This document shows, in pieces, positions 11,320 through 20,349 of a DNA stretch of 64,000 bases. The notes under the pieces are model-generated. The model was given only the letters and a program-made list of their open reading frames with translations. It made no database searches and was not told the DNA's origin. This stretch comes from an uncultured Clostridia bacterium (GTDB lineage Bacteria > Bacillota > Clostridia > Monoglobales > Monoglobaceae), in contig CANRNL010000006.1 of assembly GCA_947631965.1 (NCBI GenBank), forward strand, positions 7,263 through 71,262. Reading direction: 5' to 3'. Each line of letters opens with the position of its first letter. Position 1 is the stretch's first letter. A program made the translations under genes and the position numbers.

Positions 11320-12681
11320 ATGGCAGTTTCGGCAGTGGCGAAAAACGCGTGCATACTTACTTTTTCGGGCGTTTGTGCCAAATCGGTCGAGTTTATATTC
11401 AGAGCTTACTACTCCAAGCTTTTGGGCAGCGAGGGTATGGGGCTTTTATCTCTTGTGTTCGGAGTTCACGGCATTATGCTGACGCTTGCGAGCGCGGGGC
11501 TCGGAACCGCGACGGCAACTCTCGTCTCGGCGCAGTACGCGGGGCATAATGAAGCGTCTGTTCCGAAAACAATGCGAACCGTCATCGGTATGACCGTTGT
11601 TATGAGCGCGGCGGTTATCGGTGCGGTTTTGTTTTTTTCGGACAGTATTTCGGCTTCTTTCCTAGGAGATGCGCGTACACGAATAGGAATTTGCGCTCTT
11701 GCGCCGAGTACGCTGTTTATGAGTATTTCGTATTGCATAAAGGGGTATTTTTACGCTTCGCGCAAGGTGGTGCGCCCCGCAAGCTCGGAATTTCTGGAGC
11801 AGTTTGTCAAGGTGCTTACAATGCGCGGCTTTTTGAAGCTGTTTTTGCCGTTTGGCGTAGAGTACGGCTGTGCGGGAGTGTTCCTCGGACTTTCGATAGG
11901 CGAGGCGGCGTCCTGCACATACCTGATACTTATGTTTATACCCGAATACCGGCGGCTCTTGACTCGCGGCAAGCCCGCCGCACAGTCGGGAACTCTTTCG
12001 GCGGTGCTTAAAATTTCGCTCCCGACGCTGACGGGCGCGCTTATAAGCTCGTTTTTGAGAATGTATGAGGATATAAAAATAATAAGCGGACTTACCGCCG
12101 CGAATATGCCGGCGGCGGAAGCGCTTTCGCAGTACGGACTGCTCAAGGGTATGATTATGCCGCTTTTGACGTTTCCGCTGACGCTTATCGGCTCATTTAT
12201 AACGCTTCTTGTCCCCGAAATATCAAGGACGTTTGAGGTGCGCAACAAAGTGCGCTTTCGTTCGCTTGCCTCCCGCGCTCTGCGGCTCGCGTTTGCAGCC
12301 GGAGTCGCCGTTATGCTGGTTTTTGTGATTTTTTCGAGGCAGGTTTCGGCCGCGGTTTACGGCAAGCCCGAAATTGCGGGAGCCGTGCGCTCCCTCGCTT
12401 TGCTGTGCCCGCTGATGTTTCTCGATTCGGTATCCTGCGGGATTTTGAACGGTATGAAACAGCAGCTCAGAATGTTTGTCTACAATATGTGCGACTCGGC
12501 GCTTCGCCTTTTTGTTATAATATTTTTTGTGCCGAGATACGGCTGGGCGGCGTTGATTTTTATGATTGCGGCAAGCAATATTTTTACCTGCGCGCTTTCG
12601 TTCGGCACGGTACGGCTCAGCGAAGCCTATACCGACAGGGGAGCGGGACGCGCGGGCTACGAAAGAAAAAGGGCTTTTTAG
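11320..12681 (+). CDS. MOP-superfamily polysaccharide/oligosaccharide flippase (SpoVB/Wzx/MurJ-like)
   Basis: 453-aa polytopic membrane protein. The N-terminus KNACILTFSGVCAKSVEFIFRAYYSKLLGSEGMGLLSLVF resembles polysaccharide-biosynthesis / SpoVB-type flippases. Confidence 0.7.
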   Translation: MAVSAVAKNACILTFSGVCAKSVEFIFRAYYSKLLGSEGMGLLSLVFGVHGIMLTLASAGLGTATATLVSAQYAGHNEASVPKTMRTVIGMTVVMSAAVIGAVLFFSDSISASFLGDARTRIGICALAPSTLFMSISYCIKGYFYASRKVVRPASSEFLEQFVKVLTMRGFLKLFLPFGVEYGCAGVFLGLSIGEAASCTYLILMFIPEYRRLLTRGKPAAQSGTLSAVLKISLPTLTGALISSFLRMYEDIKIISGLTAANMPAAEALSQYGLLKGMIMPLLTFPLTLIGSFITLLVPEISRTFEVRNKVRFRSLASRALRLAFAAGVAVMLVFVIFSRQVSAAVYGKPEIAGAVRSLALLCPLMFLDSVSCGILNGMKQQLRMFVYNMCDSALRLFVIIFFVPRYGWAALIFMIAASNIFTCALSFGTVRLSEAYTDRGAGRAGYERKRAF

Positions 12682-12745
12682 GGCATTATAGAAAAGCACG
12701 GTTGTCTGGGTTTAATACGATTATGACGGAAGAGAGTAGATTAAG

Positions 12746-14224
12746 GTGCGGAAGTTTATAGACCATATGAAAAAAGAAAAAGATGAGCGTCGATTTGTTT
12801 CGGCGAAGCACAGAAACGTTGAAATAGGGCTTTTTTGCACCGTTGTTCTTTTGCACATATTTAAGTTCTCGTTTTTCGGATTTGAATATTTTCCGTATCT
12901 TGACGACTATGTTCAGTACGGGCTTTATCCCCGTCTGCCAAATCTGTGGAGCGAGGTATTGCTGGGCGGCCCCGGAATTATGTTCAGCCGACCGTTCGCG
13001 GTGTTTTTTGATACTTTTATATGGGGCTGTTTTTGGAATTATCTGTGGGCGGCGGTGATTATAATTGCCGTTATCGGCGGAATTACCGCCGTGCTTTTTA
13101 AACGTTTTTTTGAGCGTATGGACATTGAGGTTTCTCCGCTGTTTATAGTGCTGTTTTTGTTTACTCCTTTGAATTTTGAGGGAACATACTGGATTTCTGC
13201 GTCGAGCCGCGTGGTGGTGTCGCTGTTTTTTACGGCGGCGTCGCTTCACGCGCTCCTCGATTATTGTGACGACGGCAAGCTGCGCTCGTTGGCTGAATTT
13301 GCGATAATCAATCTCATTTCTTACGGGTTTTACGAGCAGACGATAGTGCTGTCGTTTTTTATGATTGTTTACGTCGTGATTTCAAAGAGAAAATGGGCGG
13401 CGCTTTTGCCGATGGCGGTCAACTTGGCTTTGATTGCATCGTATTATATACTTTTTATCGGCGAGAGCAACAACAACGGCAGGATGAACGTAATGTCGCC
13501 CGATGCGCTCCCCGCCTTCTCGCTTACCGTGCTGAAAGAGATTTACACGATTTTTGTGACGCAGGGCGGCAAGATTTTTACGCGCGGATTCCGGCGCGGA
13601 CTGGAAATGATTTTGAATAACGGAGTTTCGGGAGCCGTGTGGGTCGGCGCGGGCGTTTTGCTGTGCGCGGCTTACGCGTTCTTTTCGGGTTTTAAGCCTT
13701 TCGGAAAAATTCGAATCAAAGGACTTGAGATGAATAAGCTGCGTTATGACTTAAAGAGGTTCGGACTTGAAATGCTGCTTGCCGCGCTGTTGTTTTTCGC
13801 GCCGTTCATACCGTTTGTGCTGAGCGGAAATCAGTGGCTTAACTTCCGCAACCTCGTGCCTGTGTCGGTCGGGCTTGCCCTTGCCGTAGACGCTGTTTTC
13901 CGTCTGCTCGTAAAAAACAGACGGGTGCAGGGCATTGTATCGGCGGCGGTGCTGGCGTTATTTTTGATAATGAATGTGTCAGAGCTTTATGACTATCGTT
14001 CCGTTTCGGAGACGGACTATAACCTCGCGCTTAAACTGACCGAAGAGTACCAAAGGACGGGTGAGGAAACCCTTTACTGCGAAAAGCCGTATATAGATTA
14101 TAAGTCGCAGAACGCGGCGTATCATGACCACGTCGTGAGCCAGAGCGACTCGGGCTGGGGCTTTTCCTGTACCGTGCGAGGTCTTACTCACAAGAAAAAC
14201 ATTGTTGTGGAATTTTTGGAATGA
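12746..14224 (+). CDS. polytopic membrane protein, probable GT-C-fold glycosyltransferase
   Basis: About 10 or more hydrophobic segments, a YLDDYVQYG acidic motif in the first loop (as in GT-C enzymes), and a soluble C-terminal tail. The start is uncertain (GTG 12746 or ATG 12767). Confidence 0.5.
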   Translation: MRKFIDHMKKEKDERRFVSAKHRNVEIGLFCTVVLLHIFKFSFFGFEYFPYLDDYVQYGLYPRLPNLWSEVLLGGPGIMFSRPFAVFFDTFIWGCFWNYLWAAVIIIAVIGGITAVLFKRFFERMDIEVSPLFIVLFLFTPLNFEGTYWISASSRVVVSLFFTAASLHALLDYCDDGKLRSLAEFAIINLISYGFYEQTIVLSFFMIVYVVISKRKWAALLPMAVNLALIASYYILFIGESNNNGRMNVMSPDALPAFSLTVLKEIYTIFVTQGGKIFTRGFRRGLEMILNNGVSGAVWVGAGVLLCAAYAFFSGFKPFGKIRIKGLEMNKLRYDLKRFGLEMLLAALLFFAPFIPFVLSGNQWLNFRNLVPVSVGLALAVDAVFRLLVKNRRVQGIVSAAVLALFLIMNVSELYDYRSVSETDYNLALKLTEEYQRTGEETLYCEKPYIDYKSQNAAYHDHVVSQSDSGWGFSCTVRGLTHKKNIVVEFLE

Positions 14225-14275
14225 CGCATAATTTTGCGGGTTAGCGGAGATTTTCCGAAATTTTAAAAATTTTTA

Positions 14276-14304
14276 TTGACATATCGAATGTTTTGTTGTA
14301 TAAT
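14276..14304 (+). promoter_or_regulatory. promoter of tRNA-Leu(GAG) (TTGACA - 17 bp - TATAAT)
   Basis: Consensus hexamers at 14276..14281 and 14299..14304, about 22 nt before the tRNA 5' end. Confidence 0.7.
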
Positions 14305-14326
14305 TGAAAAGTCGTGAATGAGACAC

Positions 14327-14414
14327 GCGGCCGTGGCGGAATAGGCAGACGCGCTACTTTGAGGGGGTAGTGGGCAAAACGCCTGTATGGGTTCAAGTCC
14401 CATCGGCCGCACCA
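14327..14414 (+). tRNA. tRNA-Leu (anticodon GAG), type II with long variable arm, encoded CCA
   Basis: Manual cloverleaf: acceptor GCGGCCG/CGGCCGC; anticodon stem CTACT/GGTAG with loop TTGAGGG; variable arm TGGGCAAAACGCCTGT; T arm ATGGG-TTCAAGT-CCCAT; 3' ACCA. Confidence 0.9.
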
Positions 14415-14863
14415 GCGCCGAAAACGGCGGATTTTTTCGAAGACCTTGCTATGCAAGGTCTTCTTATTTTACCGCCGTTTTCGGCGCTCTTTCGCAAAAA
14501 GCGCAAGTCGCTTTTTGCGAGATTACGCGGCAAAGCCGCGTTTTTTTATTTTTTTCAAAGTTCGCTTTGCTCCGACTTTTTTGCGCTTTGCGCGTTGGTG
14601 CGTCGAGGGCGCCGCACCCTACATCGTCGCGACACGCCCTTTTTGCTTGCTTTGCCCCATTCGGGCAAAGGCGCGCTTTCGGGCGGTCGCTTCGAATGAA
14701 CACTTAATGAGCAAGCTATATGCTTGCGAATTTAGTGTGAATTGTGCCCTGTTGGGTACTCTTTCCCAAAAAGCGCAAGTCGCTTTTTGGGAGCCCTGTA
14801 AAATTATAACAAAAGGATAGCACGCCCATTTGGTTGTACGGGACGGCGCCATCGACGTCCCGT
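14415..14863. repeat. modular hairpin-rich non-coding repeat tract (locus A), same family as 45499..46376 and 58965..58995
   Basis: Shares near-identical modules with locus B: AAAAGCGcaagtCGCTTTT hairpins; AGATTnCGCGGC...GCCGCG; CAAAGTTCGCTTTGCTCCGAC; CCCTACATCGTCGCGACACGCCCTTTTTGCTTGCTTTGCCC.ATTCGGGCAAAG; TCGAATGAACACTTAATGAGCAAG...GAATTTAGTGTGAATTGTGCCC.GTTGGGTAC; and CCATTTGGTTGTACGGGACGGCGCC.TCGACGTCCCGT. Short ORFs occur in every frame on both strands, with no coding signal. Confidence 0.85.
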
Positions 14864-14943
14864 CTTATGTAAAATATTTGTAATTTTAATATCGATATTT
14901 TGTAAAAGTCAGGTTTGACGGCGTAAACGGCAAATTTGCCGCA

Positions 14944-14972
14944 TTGAAAATATTATTGATATGTGGTACAAT
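14944..14972 (+). promoter_or_regulatory. promoter of the LytTR/HK operon (TTGAAA - 17 bp - TGgTACAAT)
   Basis: Hexamers at 14944..14949 and 14967..14972, with the TG at 14964..14965. Confidence 0.55.
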
Positions 14973-15027
14973 TAAAATAAAGGATAATAGGCTCGGACGG
15001 TTTTATGACGGGTTAGGGTGATGTTAT

Positions 15028-15744
15028 ATGCGGATTGCGATTTGCGATGATGATTTGAGAGAACAGGAACAAATTGAAGGCGCTTTGCGCGGCTGGGACC
15101 CGACGCGGAGCGCGGAAAAATTTTCAAGCGGGGCAGAGCTGCTGGATGCGGCGAAGAATCCGCCTTCGTTTGATATTGTGTTTCTGGATATATATATGCC
15201 CGACGAGAACGGTATTGCAGTTGCCAAGGAGCTTCGTGAAATCTCTCCCGAAACCGGAATCGTATTTGTCACCACCAGTCGGGAACACGCGGTGGAGGCA
15301 TTTTCGCTCTATGCTCTTCACTATTTGGTCAAGCCGGTCACCACAAAGGGAGTTGTCGAGTCGTTTCGGCGGCTTACCGAGTTTCGCTCCCGACACAGAG
15401 AGAGCATCACGCTCACGGTTGGCTCGGAGCGATATACGGTGTTTTTAGACCAGATTTGCTTTCTTGAGAGCGATAACCACACCGTGAACGTCTCGCTTTC
15501 GGACGGGCGCGTGCTGAAGGTGCGTATGTCCTTCAAGGAACTGGAGAACCAAATGGATGAAAATTTTTTGAGGATTAACCGAGGAATAGTCGTCAATATG
15601 GAATACATTGTGCGAATAGGAACCGACGTTTGCGTTTTGCGGAACGGAATACGGCTGCCAATAGCGATACGGCACAGCACCGCCGTCCGCGCGAAATATG
15701 ACGACTATGTGTTCGATAGGCTTTCGGAACGAAAGGATTTTTAG
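15028..15744 (+). CDS. LytTR-family response regulator (AgrA-like)
   Basis: Receiver domain (MRIAICDDD...DIVFLDIYMPDENG...LVKP) followed by a C-terminal LytTR DNA-binding domain (ICFLESDNHTVNV...FLRINRGIVVNMEYI). Confidence 0.93.
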   Translation: MRIAICDDDLREQEQIEGALRGWDPTRSAEKFSSGAELLDAAKNPPSFDIVFLDIYMPDENGIAVAKELREISPETGIVFVTTSREHAVEAFSLYALHYLVKPVTTKGVVESFRRLTEFRSRHRESITLTVGSERYTVFLDQICFLESDNHTVNVSLSDGRVLKVRMSFKELENQMDENFLRINRGIVVNMEYIVRIGTDVCVLRNGIRLPIAIRHSTAVRAKYDDYVFDRLSERKDF

Positions 15745-15755
15745 GAGGGAGGATT

Positions 15756-17144
15756 ATGGCGACGGATTTTTTGCGGAATATGCTTGGATTTTTCATACAA
15801 TTTTTTCCCTGTGCGATTATGATTTTCCTGACATTCCCAAAGGATACATACCGTTTTCGGCGCAGGTGGATTTTTTGCGGCATAACGCTTGCAACCCTGT
15901 TATTTGCGGCGTTGTTCTCCGCGGTGACAAACAGCGGCTTCGGCGGGAACGCGGCGTTTGCCGCCAACATCCTTATGTTTACCGCGATATTTCTCACGCT
16001 GGCGGCATATATGTTCCTTATCAGGCAGTCCCTGATGAAAAAACTGCTGGTCTTTTTCGTCATAATGTTTTATGCGGCGCTGCAGTATTGTCTGGTAAAC
16101 CTGCTGAACGGCGTTATTTCGGTGTTCTTTGGTTTTTCTCCGGAGAACGGGGCTCATTCGGTGTATTCCCTGCACGGTCTGGCGCTTTACGTTGTTACGG
16201 CTGCGGTTATGCTGCCGCCTGTGCTGACGTTTGTGCTTCACACTCTGAGGGAGTATATACGGGAAGTGGAGACGCAGGATATGCGTCGGGAGTTTTCTGT
16301 CCTGATAGTTTCGACAATCGCTTTGATTGCGATTATGATATGCGTTGACTTTACATATTATTATTTGGACTATAAGCTCTATTTGCTGGTTCTGACTCTT
16401 TTCTGGGTCTTGCTTATGTATCAGATGCTGATTTGCTGGCTGATTTTTCGGGAGTCCGTGCGGCGAAAGCGGGATGTTGAGCGCAGGCGGACGCTGGAAA
16501 TTCAGCAGCTTCAATACGAAAAGATTGTCGGCGATATGGAAAATACCAGGCGAATGCGTCACGATTTGCGGCACCATTACAACGCGCTGAACGATATGCT
16601 CGACAGGGGGCAGACAGACGAGATGAAGGCGTATCTTTCCGACGTTATAGATACGACAATCAAGCGGGACAGCGAGGCGTACTGCAAGAATATGACGGTC
16701 AACGGGCTGCTGCAATACTATGTCGGACTTGCACGCGACGAAAATATACAATGCGACGTGCGGGCGGAGTGCGGAGAGCTTGCCATTGACGCGGCGGATT
16801 TGACGGTTCTGTTCGGCAACGCGATGGAAAACGCGATAAACGCCTGTTTGAAATGTTCGGGTGAGCGATGGATAAGCATACAGGTCGGCACTGTTTCGGA
16901 CTCGCTGGCAATCGAAATATCCAATTCCTGCAAAGAGGCGCATATCAACCGCCGTTTTCAATCGGAGGACGGTTTCTTATCCGCGGAGGCGTTTTTGAGC
17001 GACCGCTCAGACGGCGGGCACGGACTGAGGAGCATAGCGCATACCGCGCAAAAATACGACGGAAGCGCAAAGTTCAGATTCAACGCAGAAAAGGAAATTT
17101 TTACAACGCGCATAAGGCTGAATATGCGGTCGGAGCAATCGTGA
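15756..17144 (+). CDS. AgrC/HPK10-like membrane sensor histidine kinase (GHKL ATPase)
   Basis: Six to seven N-terminal TM segments; H-box RMRHDLRHHYN; N-box FGNAMENAINA; G-box DGGHGLRSI. Starts 11 nt after the regulator gene. Confidence 0.9.
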   Translation: MATDFLRNMLGFFIQFFPCAIMIFLTFPKDTYRFRRRWIFCGITLATLLFAALFSAVTNSGFGGNAAFAANILMFTAIFLTLAAYMFLIRQSLMKKLLVFFVIMFYAALQYCLVNLLNGVISVFFGFSPENGAHSVYSLHGLALYVVTAAVMLPPVLTFVLHTLREYIREVETQDMRREFSVLIVSTIALIAIMICVDFTYYYLDYKLYLLVLTLFWVLLMYQMLICWLIFRESVRRKRDVERRRTLEIQQLQYEKIVGDMENTRRMRHDLRHHYNALNDMLDRGQTDEMKAYLSDVIDTTIKRDSEAYCKNMTVNGLLQYYVGLARDENIQCDVRAECGELAIDAADLTVLFGNAMENAINACLKCSGERWISIQVGTVSDSLAIEISNSCKEAHINRRFQSEDGFLSAEAFLSDRSDGGHGLRSIAHTAQKYDGSAKFRFNAEKEIFTTRIRLNMRSEQS

Positions 17145-17228
17145 GCGCGTTAAAGGCGATAAAAACAATAGGCGAAAAATAATGAAGTAAAAAATAAATA
17201 AACACAAAACAGTAAAGGAGGAAAAAAT

Positions 17229-17912
17229 ATGAAATACGATATTTTCGGAGGTACGCTTCCGGCGGTTGAAATAACGCTTGATAAAGGCGAGGGCATTTAC
17301 ACCCAGTCGGGAGGTATGGCGTGGATGACCGACGATATAGCTATGGAAACGAACACAAAAGGCGGAATTTTTAAGGGTCTTGCGCGTTCGTTTTCGGGCG
17401 ACTCGATGTTTATGGCGACATACACGGCTAATAAGGACAATGAGAGGATAACCTTTTCGGCGGCTACGCCCGGCGAAATAAGACCGATTACGATTGACTC
17501 GGCGCACGAGTACATAGCGCAAAAGGGCGCGTTTTTGTGCGCGGAGAACGGAGTAAATCTCAAATCGGTATTTACCAAATCCTTCGGAGCGGGACTTGTC
17601 GGCGGCGAGGGCTTTGTGCTTCAGGAGCTTTCGGGAAACGGCACAGCGTTTTTGGAGCTTGACGGCAGTCTTAAAGAGATAGAGCTTGCTCCCGGAGAGC
17701 GCGTAAAGGTGGATTCGGGCAACGTCGCGTTTTTTGAAAAGTCGGTTAGTTATACCGTGGAAACGGTAAAGGGCTTTAAGAATATATTTTTCGGCGGCGA
17801 GGGGCTGTTCCTTACGGTGCTTACGGGTCCCGGCAAGGTGTGGCTTCAGACGGTGAGCATCAGCGAGCTTGCCGCGAAAATCCGTAAGTACATTCCGACA
17901 AACAATAATTAA
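17229..17912 (+). CDS. AIM24 / TIGR00266-family protein (function unknown)
   Basis: MKYDIFGGTLPAVEITLDKGEGIYTQSGGMAWM...GGEGFVLQELSGNGTAFLE...FGGEGLFLTVLTGPGKVWLQT matches the conserved pattern of this family. Confidence 0.85.
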   Translation: MKYDIFGGTLPAVEITLDKGEGIYTQSGGMAWMTDDIAMETNTKGGIFKGLARSFSGDSMFMATYTANKDNERITFSAATPGEIRPITIDSAHEYIAQKGAFLCAENGVNLKSVFTKSFGAGLVGGEGFVLQELSGNGTAFLELDGSLKEIELAPGERVKVDSGNVAFFEKSVSYTVETVKGFKNIFFGGEGLFLTVLTGPGKVWLQTVSISELAAKIRKYIPTNNN

Positions 17913-17968
17913 AGTCGGACGGTTCGACAATTATTTATATATTTTATATTTTTAAGGAGGATCAAATA

Positions 17969-20296
17969 ATGAAAAAAAAGATTGTTTCATTGATTTTGAC
18001 AGCCGCGTTGGCGCTTGGAGTAATGCCGTTGGCGGTCTTTGCGGAGGATGATTATGCGACGCGCGGTGAGGTATGCGATATGCTTCTCGCGGCGGCGGAC
18101 GATTACAATTCAGGGGTTGAAAAGACGGATATATTAAAAGGCTACGAGGACGGTCAGCTTCACGAGGAACAGAGCGTAACACGCGCCGAGGCGCTGGTTA
18201 TGCTAAAGCGCGCGTTTGGCGAAATCCCCGAGATAAAAGGCTCGAACAAGTATATTGCGTTTCCAGCAGAAACGTTCACCGACATTCCCGACTGGGCTAA
18301 GACCGAGCTTTCGGATGTGTTCGACGCGGGAATAGTTGCGGGAAAGTCCGAGGGAATATTTGCGCCCGACGACAACGTGACGACCGACGAGATGAAGCTG
18401 TTTATTGAGCGTATGTACCGCGTATTCGGGACAAACCTCAAGGATAACTACTATCAGACGGTCAACAGCGACCCGCTCAACAACACGGTTATGCCCGAAG
18501 GACAGTCGTCTACCGGAACCATCAGAAACGACACGGTTGATATTCAGATAAGAGATTTGGTTAAGGAAATCGCGTCGTCAAATCCCGATAAGAACTCAAA
18601 GTCGGGCAAGATTAAGACGCTTTACGACAACTATATGAACAAAGAGGCGAGAAACGAGCAGGGCTACGAGCCGCTCAAGCCGTATCTCGATGAAATAGAC
18701 GCGGCAAAGAGCGTTGCGGACTTGGTTGACACATACGCCATAAATTCGATTATGGGCTTTACGGTCACTAACGATTATATAGACTCGAACAGCTATATAA
18801 ATATGTTCTACACGCCGTCCATATTGACAAAGGATATGTACGAGGGCAAAGCCGAGAGTCAAAAAGCGGCGATGCTTGATTATATATCCGACGTCTTTGT
18901 GCTTATAGGATACAGCGAAGCGGACGCCGAAGCGGCTGCCGATACGGTGTTTGAGTTTAACTCGGAGATAGCCGAGGCGAGCCTTTCGGCAATCGACGCC
19001 AGAGATATAAGCAAGATCTATAACATATACACGCTTGACGAGATATGTTCCGAGTTTAAAAACATTGATATTGAAAAAGTGTTTGAAAACAGCGGACTTA
19101 AGACAAAGGACAAATTCCTTGTGATAGACGTCAGCTCAATGAAAAAGCTGGCGGAGCTCCTTGATGACAAGAACCTTGAAACTATAAAGACTTTTCTCAA
19201 GTATAACCTGCTTGGCACATACGGCGAATATCTGAGCGATGATTTTACAGACGCCGAGAATAAATACGGGTCCGCCGTAGAGGGAACTCAGGGAACAATT
19301 GCCGATGATATTCAGGCGGCAGGCGTGGTAAACGATATGCTTCCGTCATATGTGGGCGAGAGGTATGCCGAAAAATATGTGGACGACGAGACTAAAGCAA
19401 AGATAACCGAAATGATAAAGGGACTCATAGAGATTTACCGAGAGAGAATAAAAAATCTTGACTGGATGAGCGAGACTACCAAGGAAAAGGCAATAAAGAA
19501 GCTTGACACAATGAGAGTAAATGTCGGCGCACCCGAAAAATACGACGAGATAACTCTCGACGGCAAGGAGCTTAAAAGCTATGCCGACGGCGGAAGTCTT
19601 CTCGAAAATATAATCACGATACAAGAGGCAGATTCGGAGGACAATGCAGCCCTTGAGGGTACTAAGGTCGACAAAACAAAGTGGTCTTCGCCTCCTCAGA
19701 CGGTAAATGCGACTTATAATTCGTTATACAACAGCGTAACGGTATATGCGGGATTTTTGGCGATGCCGGGCGTTTACAGCAAAGATGCGTCTTACGAGTC
19801 AACTATGGGCAGCATAGGCGTGGTTATCGGTCACGAAATCAGCCACGCGTTCGATAAGAGCGGTTCTCAGTTTGACGAGAACGGAAACGCGGTTAACTGG
19901 TGGACAGACGAGGACGCTAAGGCGTTTGACGAGCGTTGTCAGGCTGTCATAGACTTCTACGACGGACAGGAAGCGGCGCCGGGCATCACCACCAACGGCG
20001 AACTGACGCTCACCGAAAACACCGCCGACCTGGGCGGCTTGTCGGTTGTGACAGAGCTTGCTTCAAAGACCGAGAACTTTGACTATGACGAAATGTTCAG
20101 AAGCTGGGCAAATGTTTGGATGAGCCTGATCTATCGTGAAAGGTTGCAGCGTCAGGTTATGAGCGACAGTCACAGCCCCGACAGCGTGCGCGTGAACAGA
20201 CTGTTTGAGACCTGCGACAAATTCTTCGAGACCTACGGTATCACCGAGGGCGACGGAATGTGGGTAGCTCCCGAGGATAGAGTTTCGATTTGGTAA
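17969..20296 (+). CDS. secreted M13 (neprilysin/PepO-type) zinc metallopeptidase with N-terminal SLH-like repeats, copy 1
   Basis: Signal peptide. SLH-like GYEDGQLHEEQSVTRAEALVML and FTDIPDWAKTEL..GIVAGKSEGIFAPDDNVTTDEM. Zinc motif VIGHEISHAFD, third ligand in TENTADLGG, family-typical C-terminal W. Confidence 0.92.
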   Translation: MKKKIVSLILTAALALGVMPLAVFAEDDYATRGEVCDMLLAAADDYNSGVEKTDILKGYEDGQLHEEQSVTRAEALVMLKRAFGEIPEIKGSNKYIAFPAETFTDIPDWAKTELSDVFDAGIVAGKSEGIFAPDDNVTTDEMKLFIERMYRVFGTNLKDNYYQTVNSDPLNNTVMPEGQSSTGTIRNDTVDIQIRDLVKEIASSNPDKNSKSGKIKTLYDNYMNKEARNEQGYEPLKPYLDEIDAAKSVADLVDTYAINSIMGFTVTNDYIDSNSYINMFYTPSILTKDMYEGKAESQKAAMLDYISDVFVLIGYSEADAEAAADTVFEFNSEIAEASLSAIDARDISKIYNIYTLDEICSEFKNIDIEKVFENSGLKTKDKFLVIDVSSMKKLAELLDDKNLETIKTFLKYNLLGTYGEYLSDDFTDAENKYGSAVEGTQGTIADDIQAAGVVNDMLPSYVGERYAEKYVDDETKAKITEMIKGLIEIYRERIKNLDWMSETTKEKAIKKLDTMRVNVGAPEKYDEITLDGKELKSYADGGSLLENIITIQEADSEDNAALEGTKVDKTKWSSPPQTVNATYNSLYNSVTVYAGFLAMPGVYSKDASYESTMGSIGVVIGHEISHAFDKSGSQFDENGNAVNWWTDEDAKAFDERCQAVIDFYDGQEAAPGITTNGELTLTENTADLGGLSVVTELASKTENFDYDEMFRSWANVWMSLIYRERLQRQVMSDSHSPDSVRVNRLFETCDKFFETYGITEGDGMWVAPEDRVSIW

Positions 20297-20349
20297 TTTC
20301 TGTTTCGCAGACGCGAAAACGTGAAAATTTAAAATAAGGAGTTTTAAAA

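Noticed and set aside
14860-15027. Search for agrD-like pre-peptide or agrB-like genes next to the AgrCA-like pair.
   Set aside because: No ORF with an RBS exists in the 170-bp upstream gap or the 84-bp downstream gap. Only a promoter is evident.
15900-17930. 353-aa and 307-aa minus-strand ORFs across the histidine kinase and AIM24 genes.
   Set aside because: They are Arg/His-rich antisense products with no RBS. The plus-strand genes carry clear family motifs.
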